Source: Eledone cirrhosa (taxonomy: Eukaryota). From it: a DNA stretch of 64,000 nucleotides. The DNA is taken from the NCBI GenBank assembly GCA_964016885.1, contig OZ024764.1, positions 21,142,001-21,206,000 of the forward strand, in the 5' to 3' direction. This document shows, one piece after another, positions 1 through 11,749 of this stretch. Each line of letters opens with the position of its first letter. Position 1 is the stretch's first letter. The notes beneath the pieces were generated by a model. The model made no database searches, was not told the origin of the DNA, and worked only from the letters and a program-made list of their open reading frames with translations. The position numbers and the translations under genes were made by a program.

Positions 1-894
1 CAGAGGCCGTGCTCTCAACCACCGTCAGTTCAGCCAGTTGTTGGAAGATATGGATAATCAGTTCACCGAAGTTCCATTCCACACAGAAGTCTGCTGGTTG
101 ACATGTCACAAAGTGCTGAAAAGATTCTATTTGTTGAAATAATTGTTTTTGGAGATGAAAGGTCAAAACACAGATGAAATAAAAGATGAAAGTTGGCTCC
201 AACATCTGGCTTTTGTTGTGGATATTACTGCACAATTAACTGATCTTAATTTGAAATTACAAGGTAAAAACAAACCCATCACTCAGTTGTATGATGACAT
301 CAAGTTCTTCATTAGAAAACTTCGCTTATGGAAGTCTCCGTTGTCAGATGAAAATTTAATTCATTTTCTTATGTGCAAAGAGCTGAAAATCACTACCAAT
401 ACTGAGTCTGTACTTAGCTTAACAAAAACTTCTCAGAGAACAAGGCTGACAGATCAACACTTGTCATCTCTAATTAAAGTTGGAACTGTACAGACATTTC
501 AGCCAGATATACCAAACATTGTCAACAGAAAGAAGTGTCAAGCCTCAGGACAAAACACTAAAAATGGTTGAATAGTAGCAAATAAATGTTCAGTTTTCAA
601 CTGTTGTTATTTGTGTACAATGTATTTGTTGCTGTTACAATCTGCAAGTATATGTTGACATGTTAAATTTTAGTTTTTTGTCAAACTACTTCATTACTTT
701 GTATTCATGAATGCTGCTAAAACATTTGTATGTACATTGTATGTTTCTAAATTTAAGTAACAAATCTTTCTGCAATATATTTTATTAAATGACTTTAATT
801 AGTTGTTGTGTACATAATTAGTTGTAGTGTGCAACCCTCAGACAACACATGTGACCTATGTGGCCCTTGGGGAACCCTCAGTTTGTTATGCCTC
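1..894 (+). mobile_element. 3' part of a degenerate hAT DNA transposon (SPIN/Buster/GTF2IRD2-like transposase), truncated by the window edge
   Basis: ORF 143-571 (WLQHLAFVVDITAQLTDLNLKLQGK...RTRLTDQHL) resembles the GTF2IRD2-like hAT C-terminus. Ends in a degenerate TIR (agtttgttatgcctc) followed by ACCTACAT, the same 8-mer that flanks the other copies. Confidence 0.85.
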
Positions 895-1344
895 ACCTAC
901 ATGATAAACACACCCAACACAGGCTGTAATGTGGTTGGTCATGTGAAGGACATCTAGCTATAGAAAGCTTGCCCAACAATAGTGTCGGAGAACCCTTCAA
1001 TCATGACAAAGACATGACAACCTTTTCTGTGCACTCAGTAGCAAATGAGACCTTATGTAAATAAGTCTCAGATCCTTGGTCTGTCTGGGAGATCAGTAGC
1101 CTCACTTCAGTACTTACTTGGTTGAAGTAGACTCATTAAATCCTTGCTAGCAGGGAAATCTGATGTTGATTATGTAACCTCAACCTCTTCTTATTAACCC
1201 ACTTATTCCAGAGAGGGTCTTGGGGGCAGAGTCCTCAAACACTCCCTTCAACAGGTCCTTTCAGAAGCAACCCACTCCAACTGATCTGGCTGGATCTCCC
1301 AGAGAGACCAGCCAAGCTCATGGATGTTATGTGACCGTCTTGAG

Positions 1345-1730
1345 GTGGTCATATAGGAGATATGACAAAAAGCACCCAACCCACACTTTAAAGAACACAC
1401 AGTCAACATTATAAGGTGGTCATGTAGATGTTACGACAAAAAGTACCCAGCCCACACTGTAAAGTGGTCATGTAGGTGACAACAAAAAGAACCCAGCCAA
1501 AACTTTAAAGAGGTCTTGTAGGTGTCACAACAAAAAGCACCCATTGCAAACTGTAAAGTGGTCATGAAGGTGTCACAACAAAAAGTACCCAGTCTACACT
1601 ATAAAGTGGTTCTGTAGGTGTCACAACAAAAAGTACCCAGTCTACACTATAAAGTGGTTCTGTAGTTGTCACAACAAAAAGTACCCAGTCTACACTATAA
1701 AGTGGTTCTGTAGGTGTCACAACAAAAAGG
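1345..1730 (+). repeat. ~48-bp minisatellite (aaaaagtacccagtccacactgtaaagtggtcatgtaggtgtcacaac) derived from the RTE 3' UTR
   Basis: Direct tandem units; the 16-aa periodicity of ORF 1562-1810 reflects the 48-bp unit. The unit matches 9575-9670. Confidence 0.85.
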
Positions 1731-1916
1731 TTCTTCTCTAAAAATATATAATTATCTTTTATATTAATGTTAATGATAAAGAATAAATAATATAATAAAT
1801 ATAACACCATAGGTGCTGAGGTGACTAGCTGCTGGTGTGAGCCTCACGAGATGGAATGGCTCTTCCAGCACATCTAGAACAACATGACCCTCTAATATCT
1901 AGTATTTAGTAACAAA

Positions 1917-2317
1917 CTAGACCACCCGGGACCTGTTGGGTCACGTTCCCTTAAAACTATTTTTTTTAAATCATGTTCACTTAAAAATAATTTTCAAATA
2001 GTTAAAATATAGACATATATATATATAGACACATATGTATATATATATATACACACACATTTTATTAAACATCACCAACAGCTCTCTCTCTCTCTCTTCC
2101 CCTTTCCATCCATCTCCTTTTCAATCCACACTCTCACAACCACTATCTCTTTCTCTCCCTATATTTATCAAGGTACCCAGAAAAGGTATCTTGGGAACTT
2201 GTGCTCCAATTTATACAAAACTTGTTTTATTCTTTTCAAAGTATTTCCCCATTATGCACTGTTTTAGCTGTATTAAATTAGACAAGACACAATTACAGAG
2301 TTTTAGTAGTATATAGA
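1917..2317 (-). mobile_element. Non-autonomous Helitron-like element with an internal microsatellite
   Basis: On the minus strand it starts A|TCTATATACTAC and ends with a subterminal hairpin (gtgacc caaca ggtccc) followed by CTAG|T. No TSD; (TA)n/(CT)n core. Confidence 0.65.
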
Positions 2318-2860
2318 TAATATAGCTTCAAATTAAAGTTAGTAAACGACAGTTTGGAGAAATCTGTAACATTTATTAAACATTGCTCAAGTTTGTCAAT
2401 TCTATAGCACAATAGTTTGTTAGTTAAAGTGTTTAGTTAGATATTCTACATATAAAGAAGAGAGAATACTTTACCACAAATATTACAGTGGTATAATGAT
2501 TTTCCCATCTCTTCTGGAAAATATTCCTATGTTGATGTAAATATTTCTATTGTTCATAATTTTATCAAATGTGATCTTTGTCAATATCCAAATATTTTGA
2601 AAACTCCTTTGTAATTATCTAAAGTTTAATCAGAATGTAAAATCATCTTGTAAATATTCCAGACAGTGAAAAAGGAAAATGTTGTTATTTATCTCAATTC
2701 AGAAGAAATATTTCACCATAATTCACCACAGACTAAACAAGTTTATATCACTTGAATGTAACATCTTTCTGTTGTCTTTAAAAGACTCTTTTCTGTCAAG
2801 TTCATGTGATATTCTGAAATAGTAGAGAAACATTATTAAGATATTTAGAAAATAGAGATA
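2318..2860 (-). pseudogene. Relic of a paralogous ZNF 5'-UTR exon with splice acceptor (no finger array follows)
   Basis: attctgaaatagtagagaaacattattaagata (2811-) resembles the ZNF acceptor at 5309-5340. aatcatcttgtaaatattccagacagtgaa (2641-) matches 53049-53078 in the long UTR of copy 4. Also present at ~17876-18410, ~32830-33260 and ~50075-50500. Confidence 0.5.
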
Positions 2861-3099
2861 CAACAGTGAAAACTTTACTACATCTCTATATTAATAGATA
2901 TAAACCTTACATGGTGACACAAACACTGCAACACTAACTTACAGGAAAACACCTAGTTACTTGATCTAGTTACTTCAATCAGGTGAAGAGATAAACTAGA
3001 TTGACTTCATTCTCATCAGAAAACAGGATAGACAGATGGTTGGGAATATTAACTCCTTTACTGGAGAAGGACGTACCACTCAACATAGACTAGATACTA

Positions 3100-3760
3100 G
3101 GTGTAATATCTAGAGGGACTGACAGATACAAGACTATCTGGAGATAGAAGGGTTGGAGAGTAAAAGATCTCCCTGTTAAATATAACATCTACAGGGACTG
3201 TGAGAGGTACAAGACAACCTAGAGAAAGAGGTAGGGACAGTAAAACATCTCCCTGCTAAATATAAGATCTAGAGGGACTGTGAGAGAGGTACAAGACAAC
3301 CTAGAGAAAAGGGTAGGGATAATAAAAGATCTTCCTGTTAAATATAAGATCTAGAAGGACTGTCAGAGAGTTACAAGACAACTTAGAGAAAATGGTAGGG
3401 ATAGTAAAAGATCTCCCTGTTAAATATAAGATCTAGAGGGACTGTGAGAGAGGTACAAGACAACCTAGAGAAAAGGGTAGGGACAGTAAAATATCTCCCT
3501 GTTAAATATAAGATCTAGAGGGACTGTGAGAGAGGTACAAGACAACCTAGAGAAAAGGGTAGGGACAGTAAAATATCTCCCTGTTAAATATAAGATCTAG
3601 AGGGACTGTGAGAGGCTCAAGACAACCTAGAGAAAAGGGTAGGGACAGTAAAAGATCTCCCTGTTAAATATAAGATCTAGAGGGACTGTGAGAGAGGTAC
3701 AAGACAACTTAGAGAAAAGGGTAGGGATAGTAAAAGATCTCCCAGTTAAATATAAATTCA
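3100..3760 (+). repeat. 82-bp minisatellite, ~8 units
   Basis: Unit taaatataagatctagagggactgtgagagaggtacaagacaacctagagaaaagggtagggacagtaaaagatctccctgt repeats at 3421, 3503, 3585 and so on. Confidence 0.9.
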
Positions 3761-4135
3761 GAGATGTTCTACATGATACATATGATAAGGAGGAGGAGAT
3801 TGATGGCTCTGACATAGAAGATATCTGGAAGTTTCTTTCAGACAGCCTGTTGTGAACCACTGATGAGATCTGTAGCTGATGTAAGCTGCCAGCCAGATGA
3901 ATGTTGCCTTGGTGATGGAATAGTACAGTAGATAGAAGTTGAAATCTAAAAGACCTGAAGAGACAGGAGGGGAACAACAATATCAAATGGTCAAAATGGA
4001 AGCTAGATATTAGGCTTACAAGTTATTGATTTCTGTTGTTATTGTTAAAATCTGTTTAATCTGTGATATTTGAGACAATGTACAGGACAATAGAATTAAT
4101 ATCAATGTCAGACTAGCAACAACAAAAGTTTTCAT

Positions 4136-4141
4136 TTTATT
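4136..4141 (-). terminator. Putative polyadenylation signal AATAAA of ZNF copy 1 (equivalents at 19864, 34843, 51556)
   Basis: AATAAA lies ~265 nt after the stop and is followed by a GT-rich tract (ttttgttgttg). Conserved in all four copies. Confidence 0.55.
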
Positions 4142-4404
4142 GGCAGGTTTAAATTACAGAAGTTCCCAACCTTTACTAAAAATACAAATATATATCTTAC
4201 CAGTTAAAGTATAATAAATCAAAGTTTAATGTGAAAAACTTCAATTTACACAAAATCTTCAAACACTGCTTCAAAAATGGAAACCTGGTGTTTATGATCC
4301 CTGTCATAGGTAAAACCTACAAGGTTAACCCCAGTTTAAGCCAGGATGATGGATCTACACATTGGTTGTTGTAGTATGATGTAATGAGTTTGATATTGAT
4401 ACAG

Positions 4405-5118
<714 letters not shown>

Positions 5119-5456
5119 TCAATCACCTCAGTTTCTCACATAATTCACAGCTTAATACTGAGAAATTTAGTTATATTACTAAATCACTTCAAAGTGTTGA
5201 GTGTTTTCAAAATTATTTGAAAATGATGGGTAGTGTCTTTCATTAGAAATGGTTAATGTTGAGGATATGTCTGATGTAACGTGCTCTTTAATGCCAATGT
5301 CCTCTGGTATTCTGAAATAATAAAAGAACATTATAAGATACTCAGAAACTTGTAATACATCAGTACAAATTTCATATAATATTTCTATATTGATAAATGG
5401 ACTGTAATAAATACTAAGGCCTTCCTTGGTGAAGAATGTGCTGACTAACATAGGTT

Positions 5457-5600
5457 AGTTATTAGTGACATTAGATTAAACTGACTGATAAAATTAGTTA
5501 TTAGTGACATTAGATTAGACTGACTGATAAAAGTAGTTATTAGTGACATTAGATTAAACTGACAGATAAAAGTAGTTATTAATTACATCAGATTAACTCT
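5457..5600 (+). repeat. 39-bp minisatellite (agttattagtgacattagattaaactgactgataaaagt), ~3.5 units
   Basis: Direct tandem units about 150 bp upstream of the acceptor. Confidence 0.9.
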
Positions 5601-5804
5601 TTAGTATTCACATTACTCTATATTTACTATTATATTTTCACAGTAAATGCTTTATCTCTCATAATATCAAATCTATGAGATTTTGATGTTACTTATTTTG
5701 AGAACAATACCTTAACATAAGTATAAGTGACCAGTTACGGCCAGTTTGAACAGAAAGACACGAGACAATTCTGGCCAGATATGGCCAGTTTATATACTAA
5801 AGGG

Positions 5805-8180
5805 TTAAAGAAATTAGGTGTAGAAGAATGGCTTGTGAGAAGCTGTCAGTAAAGTGTGTTTAGTGAGGAATTGAAGGTACAGGTAGGAGTTCATCATGGT
5901 TTAGTTCTTAGCCCACTGTTGTTCATCATAGTTCTCCAAGCCATAACAGAGAGGTTTAAGACTGGCTGTCTATGGAAACTTCTCTATGTAGATGACCAGC
6001 TATAGATATAGAATTTGAAATGGTAAGTTCTGAGAATATACTTAGCCAAAACTAAAGTGGTAATGGTTAGGAGAGAAGACCCTGACCCCTTCAGGAAAGT
6101 GGCCCTGCTCCATATGTAGAAAAGGAATAAGTAGAGAAACCACAATGACAGAGACCTAGTTATAATAGCAGGGGACTTCAATGGTCATGTTGGACAGTTC
6201 CAGGATGGATATACTGGGGTACATGGTGGTCATGGTTATGGCTCAAGAAACGAAGAAAGAGTGAGGCTTCTTGTATTTTGTGATGCAAGTGAACTAAGCA
6301 TTTGCAACATTTCAAGAAACCTACCAACCACCTAATAACCTACCAAGCAGGTGAGCACATGAGACAGATTGACTTCTTGCTAGTTAAGTAGCAAGAGAGA
6401 CAGATGGTGTCAAATACTAAGGCATACCCCAGGGAACAATGTAACCCCCCAACATAGGTTAGTCGTTAGTGACATCTCAGTAAGCAAGAGACAAAGAGAG
6501 ACATACAAGAAGGTTTGAAAAAGGAAGGTCTGGAAACTAAAAGACCTGTCACTAAAATATAAATATAGGGAAGCCCTTCAAGTTGTGTATGACGAAAAAG
6601 AAGACGATTTAGAGTCGCATGACATGGACGATAACATGAATTTCTTACGTGACAACTTACTGCAGGCTACTGAAGAAACTTGTGGCTGGAGCAGAGTTCC
6701 AACCAGACAGAGGGTGACCTGGTGGTGGAACAGCACGGTAGATAGAGCCATTTGAGACAAAAGGCTTGGAAAAATGGTAGGGTTAGAGACCGATTCACAG
6801 CCGCTAAGAGAGAAGCTAGATGTCAGGCCTACTTAACATGCAGGGAGGCTGAGAGTAGAAGGTTTGCCAATGCCCTGCGATGGGGAGATCAGAGATGTGC
6901 GGTGTTCCACATTGCAAGGCAGGGTGTCAGTGTAAATCAGGATGTTGGTGCACTTAGTGCCACTGATTCTCAAAAAAAAGGAGGCCTGGAAATGTCATTA
7001 TGAGAGACTGATGAATGTGGAGAATGAATAGGAGGGGAACTACCTTCAGTAGACCCGACAGAAGGACCAGCTATTGAGATTGATGACTATAGGGTCCAAT
7101 TAAGGAAATGAAAAATGGTAAGTCCGCTGGACTGTTGGGGATAGTTGCTGAGATGCTGAAGGCATCAGGAGAAGTAGGAATTAAACTGGTTGCATGCATC
7201 ATTAATCAAGCTATATATGGTGGTGTCATACCCAAAGACTGGTGCAGCAGTATTCTCATAAATTGAGGTAAAGGTAAAGGGGATGTTCTGGAGGGGAGTA
7301 ATTATAGGGGTATAAAACTGATGGATCAGGTTATGAAAGTGACAGAAAGAATACTAGCGCAACTTAGAGAAAGAGTGAAACAGATGCCCTCTTCTTAGTG
7401 AGACAACTACAAGAGAGGTTCTTAGAGAAGAAAACCACTATACTTAGTTTTTGTTGACCTAGAGAAGGCCTTTGATAGAGTACCCCAATCTGTCATCTGG
7501 TGGTCCCTAAGGAAACTAGGTGTAGAGGAATAGTTTGTGAGGACAGTGCAAGCTATGTATAGAGGGGCTGTCAGTAAAGTGAGGGTAGGCATGGAGTTTA
7601 GTGAGGAACAAAACTGGAGTTTAGTGAGGACAAAACTGTCATTCCATCAGGGAAATGGCCTTGTTCAATATGTAGAAAAGGAACTGGCATAAATTCTATA
7701 ATGTACACAATGCAGATCTAGGGTACACAAGAGATGTAGTGGGATAGCAGGCAAACTAACAGGTAGGGAAAAATACATATGCAGTAGATGTACAGGGAAA
7801 TTTGACAGCAGAAGTCGCAGTGATAGACACATTTTTCAAATGCAGATAGGTTCTATAGAAGTGGTTGACAGCTTCCGGTATCTACGTGATCAAATTAGCA
7901 TGGGAGGAGGGTGCCCAGAGGCCATAGTATCTAGAATAAGGACAGGTTGGAAGAAGTTTAGGGAGCTGCTTCCTCTGTTGACAAAGAAGGGTTTCTCCCT
8001 AAGAACGAATGGCTGATGATGTCTACGTGAGATGTGTGATGCTGCATGGTAGTGAGACATGGACAGCAACTGTGGAGGATATGCAATGGCTGGAGAGAAA
8101 TGAAGCAAGTATGCTCCGTTGGATGTGCAATGTCAATGTGCACCAACGACCAAGCATAGATGAGTTGAGAGAGAATGCAC
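5805..8180 (+). mobile_element. Decayed RTE-clade LINE fragments (AP endonuclease and RT remnants)
   Basis: Frameshifted remnants, including AFVDLEKAFDRVP-like coding near 7445, GVHHG/SPLLFIIVLQAITE-like coding near 5885, and MLHGSETW...LERNEASMLRWMC (8009-8227). Confidence 0.85.
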
Positions 8181-8189
8181 AACATGGCC

Positions 8190-8585
8190 ATACCAGTGCA
8201 TGTGTCTCCTGTGAAACACATCCTTGAGGCTGTCGATCAGCAGTTTTTTTAAGAGCTCAGTTGAGCTGACATCATCCTCAATGGTCACACTACACATCCA
8301 GTGGATCATAGCTCTGTCATTTCTTCAGAGTCAATTCAGACAGTCAGATAACATGGCCCAGGTCTCGCTGGCATGAAACAACACACTTCTCCCACAGGTG
8401 TTATAAATCTGCCCCATGGTGTCTAATGGTAGCCATGTCTTGAGGATTAGGAGAAGCTGCCTAAACTTGTTACCTGTGGAGTGGCACAGCACGATGGCAG
8501 TGAACTTGGCTCCACTTCCAGCTGACATGTCACACAGGTAGCAGAAAGATGTCACCACTTCCAGCTTGTCCTCACCAACAGGCCT
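8190..8585 (-). mobile_element. Inverted older RTE RT C-terminal fragment (also ~56630-57025)
   Basis: ORF 8331-8558: VTSFCYLCDM...NKFRQLL...SVLFHASETWAM. Confidence 0.7.
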
Positions 8586-8724
8586 CTAGTTATAAAGGTT
8601 ATCATTGACCAACACTGACACCCCTCAGGGTAGACTGAACCAACACTTACACCCCCCAGGGTGGACTGAACCAACATTTACCACAGGTCTATAAATAGCT
8701 GTATTACCCTATCATGATACTATA

Positions 8725-9877
8725 ACATTATAAACCTAAAACTCTGTGATTGTGTCTCGTCTGTAATGTAATACAGCCAAAACGGGGCATAACGGGAAAA
8801 TAGTTTGAAAGGAAGTTGACCCTGAAATGGGAATACAAATGGGATAAAATAAGTTTCACGTAAATCAATGCACAGGTTCCCGAGATATGGGGTTTTTCTG
8901 GAACCTTTATAAATAGAGAAAGATAATGGGTGTGTGTGAGAGAGATAGCTGGTGGTGCTGTTGAACAAAGTTATAAAATTAGAACAAGTGACGTGTGTAT
9001 ATATATATATATATATATACACACACAAGAAGTTTAGGGAACTACTACCACTGCTAGCTGCAAAAGGCTTCTCCCTCTGAATGAAAGGCAGACTGTATGA
9101 TGCGTGTATCCGAACAGCAATGTTGCATGGTAGTGAGACCTGGGCGCTGAAGGTGGAAGACTTACGTAGATTAGAGAGAAACGAAGCCTGCATGCTCCGA
9201 TGGATGTGTAACAGTAATATACGTGAACGACAAAGCATAAATGAATTGAGAGAGAGACTGAGCATAAAAGGAATCAAATGCTGCGTGCAGGAGAGGCGGT
9301 TACGCTGGTATGGACATGTGATGCGTATGAAGGATGACAGCTGCATAAAAAGGTGCAGAGCACTAGAAGTTGATGGAAACCGCGGAGTGGGGAGACCCAA
9401 GATGACTTGGGATGAGGTGATAAAAGCCGACCTTACCCAACTACACCTCTCAAAGTCAATGACACACGACCGTGACTTCTGGCGTCACGCAGTAATACAG
9501 GGTACCCGACCTCCCATGGGTACATGCTGAAGCATATAAACAATATGCCCCCCCCCCCCCCCACCGCAAGGTGGTCGTGGAGGTGCCACGGCAAAAAAGC
9601 ACCCAGCCCACACTGTAAAGTGGACGTGTAGGCGCCACGAAAAAGCACCCAGCACTCACTGTAAATGAGGTTGGTGTTAGGAAGGGCATCCAGCTGTAGA
9701 AATCAAGCCAGATCAGTTCCTGTATGAGCAAGGCATGGTCAGCCGACCAGACACTGCCCACAACAGGACAACCCGTCTAACCCATGCTAGCGTGGAAGAA
9801 CGGACGTAAAACGGTGATGATGATGATGATGATGATGATGACACACACACACACACATATATATATACACACACACA

Positions 9878-9918
<41 letters not shown>

Positions 9919-10024
9919 GGGCCTACTAATTTCATTTTACATTATATACATGTCTGTGTATATTTTAATTATTTAAATATTATTTTTAAAGGGAACGTGA
10001 CGCAACAGGTCACAGGTGTTCTAG
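8725..10024 (+). mobile_element. Non-autonomous Helitron-like element interrupted by an RTE 3' fragment
   Basis: 5' part (ctaaaactctgtgattgtgtc) and 3' end (gtgacgcaacaggtcacaggtgttCTAG|T) are the reverse complement of the 1917-2317 family. Confidence 0.6.
9029..9840 (+). mobile_element. 5'-truncated, relatively young RTE LINE with (ATG)n tail
   Basis: Open ORF 9081-9530 (LYDACIRTAMLHGSETW...RRLRWYGHVMRM...GRPKMTWDEVIK), then the 3' UTR ending ggacgtaaaacgg(tga)n. Confidence 0.9.
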
Positions 10025-10079
10025 TAAGATTATAAATACAAACACACAAAAGATAGAATCTACTCAAACCTTAATATCA

Positions 10080-10305
10080 GACCCCAGTAGATTACTGGAA
10101 CTTTAATTTATCCACTCCGTTAGAATGAAAGACAAAGTTAACTTTGGTGGGATTTGAACTCATAACATAAAGGGTTGAAATCCCGTCGAGGTTAGCTTTG
10201 CCCTTCATCTTTACGAGGTTGATTTAAGATCTTATAATAGTTTCTGATTTAGACACAAGGTCGACAATGTTTGGGGGGAATAAGTTGATTAAATCAAACA
10301 CAGTT
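10080..10305. mobile_element. Two SINE-like fragments in inverted orientation (also ~59815-60040)
   Basis: gaatgaaagacaaagttaactttggtgggatttgaactc is followed by its approximate reverse complement gaaatcccgtcgaggttagctttgcccttcatc. Same family as 12960-13140. Confidence 0.55.
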
Positions 10306-10423
10306 ACTGTGAGATCACTTCTTTGATAGTTTGTTTAAAAATAACTGATTCACAATTTACGTATGAAAAGTTGACAAAGATTTACAAGTGGTGTTATCAA
10401 TAAATAGGGCCTTCAAAGTAGCA

Positions 10424-10781
10424 GGAAACGACTAGATTTGTAGATAAAGAAGTGGGAGACAGGATTATCGGAGTTTAGAAGAGCTACACACTTCTCCAGT
10501 TGGCTGGGAAATAATTATCTTTCCTTATTTTTATTTCTCGACCTCTTAGATGTTTGCAATCGACTTTTCTTCCTGAAAACGGAAACCCTAACCCTAATAC
10601 TGGGGAATAAAACGTCTATTGCAAGTATCTAAGGGGTTCAGAGAAAATATTGAAAAGGGGTCTAGAAAAAAATCTAAGAAAAATAATTATTTCCCACCCA
10701 ACGTGAGGTGTGAGTAGATCTGTGAAACTACATCTCTTCGTATACTTTCACCCTACTTTTTCTACAAATCTAGTCGTTTCC
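10424..10781. mobile_element. Foldback MITE, 358 bp, with 21-bp perfect TIRs and a telomere-like core
   Basis: GGAAACGACTAGATTTGTAGA ... TCTACAAATCTAGTCGTTTCC; internal arms are also inverted; central aaaccctaaccctaa. Confidence 0.8.
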
Positions 10782-10996
10782 GTGAGGGTACCTGGTTATT
10801 TCAGCCCCTTAGACTCACCTTACCAAGGTGTCAGGTGATACCCGTCAGGGTACCTGGTTATTTCAGCCCCTTAGCCTCACCTTACCGAGGTGTCAGGTGA
10901 TACCCGTGAGGGTACCTGGTTATTTCAACACCTTAGCCTCACCTTACTGAGGTACCAGGTGATACCCGTGGGGTACCTGGTTATTTCAACACCTTA
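10782..10996 (+). repeat. 62-bp tandem repeat, ~3.5 units (also 38152-38315 and 60387-60542)
   Basis: Unit gggtacctggttatttcagccccttagcctcaccttaccgaggtgtcaggtgatacccgtga, starting at 10786, 10848 and 10910. Confidence 0.85.
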
Positions 10997-11535
10997 GTAA
11001 TGCTGCCAGTGTGTTGGCTTGCCTCAAAGTGTGTAGTTAACCCCTAAGGTGTGAGGTGTGGCCTATTATCACACCTGGTGGTCAATTGCCATCTCCCACT
11101 GTGTTTTTCTTTCCTTTATCATTATTGTTCAATAAATTATATTATTATACACAGTTTAGACAATATATTTGTAATGTCTTTCTCAAGGAATTGCCAGCAA
11201 TTTCTAATGTTATTTACACACTTATGTTATTTATGTATATATTTAAAACATATTTACAACGTTATTCTACTGTAAATTTATACAATTGTAATAAAATATA
11301 TTAATTATATCATCACATAATATAAAAACGACCTTTAGAATATTTAAATATTTAGTTTTGTTAATTTATTTTTCAGCAACAACAAAAGTTTTCACTTTAA
11401 TTAATTAGAGGTAGGTAAAATATAGATAATTACGATAACATTTTATATTTCCAGTAATGAAACAAACAAGAAAATATATATTTGTGATGTGAAAAGTGAG
11501 CTTAAATCTAGAATATTAATAGACATAATACTTAC

Positions 11536-11665
11536 ATTATAGTCTCAGGTGTTTAGTATTTACAGAAATGTTTTCTAAATGATGTTGTAGGAAGACTAAC
11601 ACGTGGACAGGAAGTCGACAACTGCACCACTGCGCATGCTTCAATGTTTTTTTGTGACGTAAAAT
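11536..11665 (-). promoter_or_regulatory. Putative ZNF non-coding exon 1 and core promoter (E-box, ETS-like, NRF1-like and CRE-like motifs)
   Basis: CACGTG at 11600, CAGGAAGT at 11608, ACTGCGCATGC at 11629 and GTGACGTA at 11654 cluster in AT-rich DNA, 65-125 bp upstream of a consensus donor. Confidence 0.6.
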
Positions 11666-11749
11666 ATTTTTACCGAATTAAATTATGTAAAGTTTGTAAT
11701 AAAAAAATGAAGTTGAAATCAGTAAATGTAATTAAAATAAAACAGCTAA

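Larger units (their letters stand above)
5312..11535 (-). other. Predicted intron 1 (in the 5' UTR) of ZNF copy 1
   Basis: Donor AT|GTAAGTA at 11535 and pyrimidine-rich acceptor ttttattatttcAG| at 5312. Both are conserved in all four units (donors 26261, 43143, 61080; acceptors 21216/21930, 36698, 53647). Confidence 0.6.

Noticed and set aside
3100-3760. CRISPR-like array (also the 48-bp and 62-bp repeats)
   Set aside because: Head-to-tail repeats without unique spacers, no cas genes, and a eukaryotic context.
5179-5451. Conserved ORF MLVSTFFTKEG... upstream of each ZNF as an N-terminal domain or separate gene
   Set aside because: It spans the predicted intron/exon boundary, stops at different positions in different copies and is not joined to the finger frame. 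Its conservation reflects recent duplication.
9713-10035. Short ORFs rich in YI/TH/M/S repeats (also 32376-32676 and 49625-49894)
   Set aside because: Translations of (TA)n, (CA)n and (ATG)n microsatellites.
10583-10597. Interstitial telomere
   Set aside because: Only about two units, located at the centre of a MITE.
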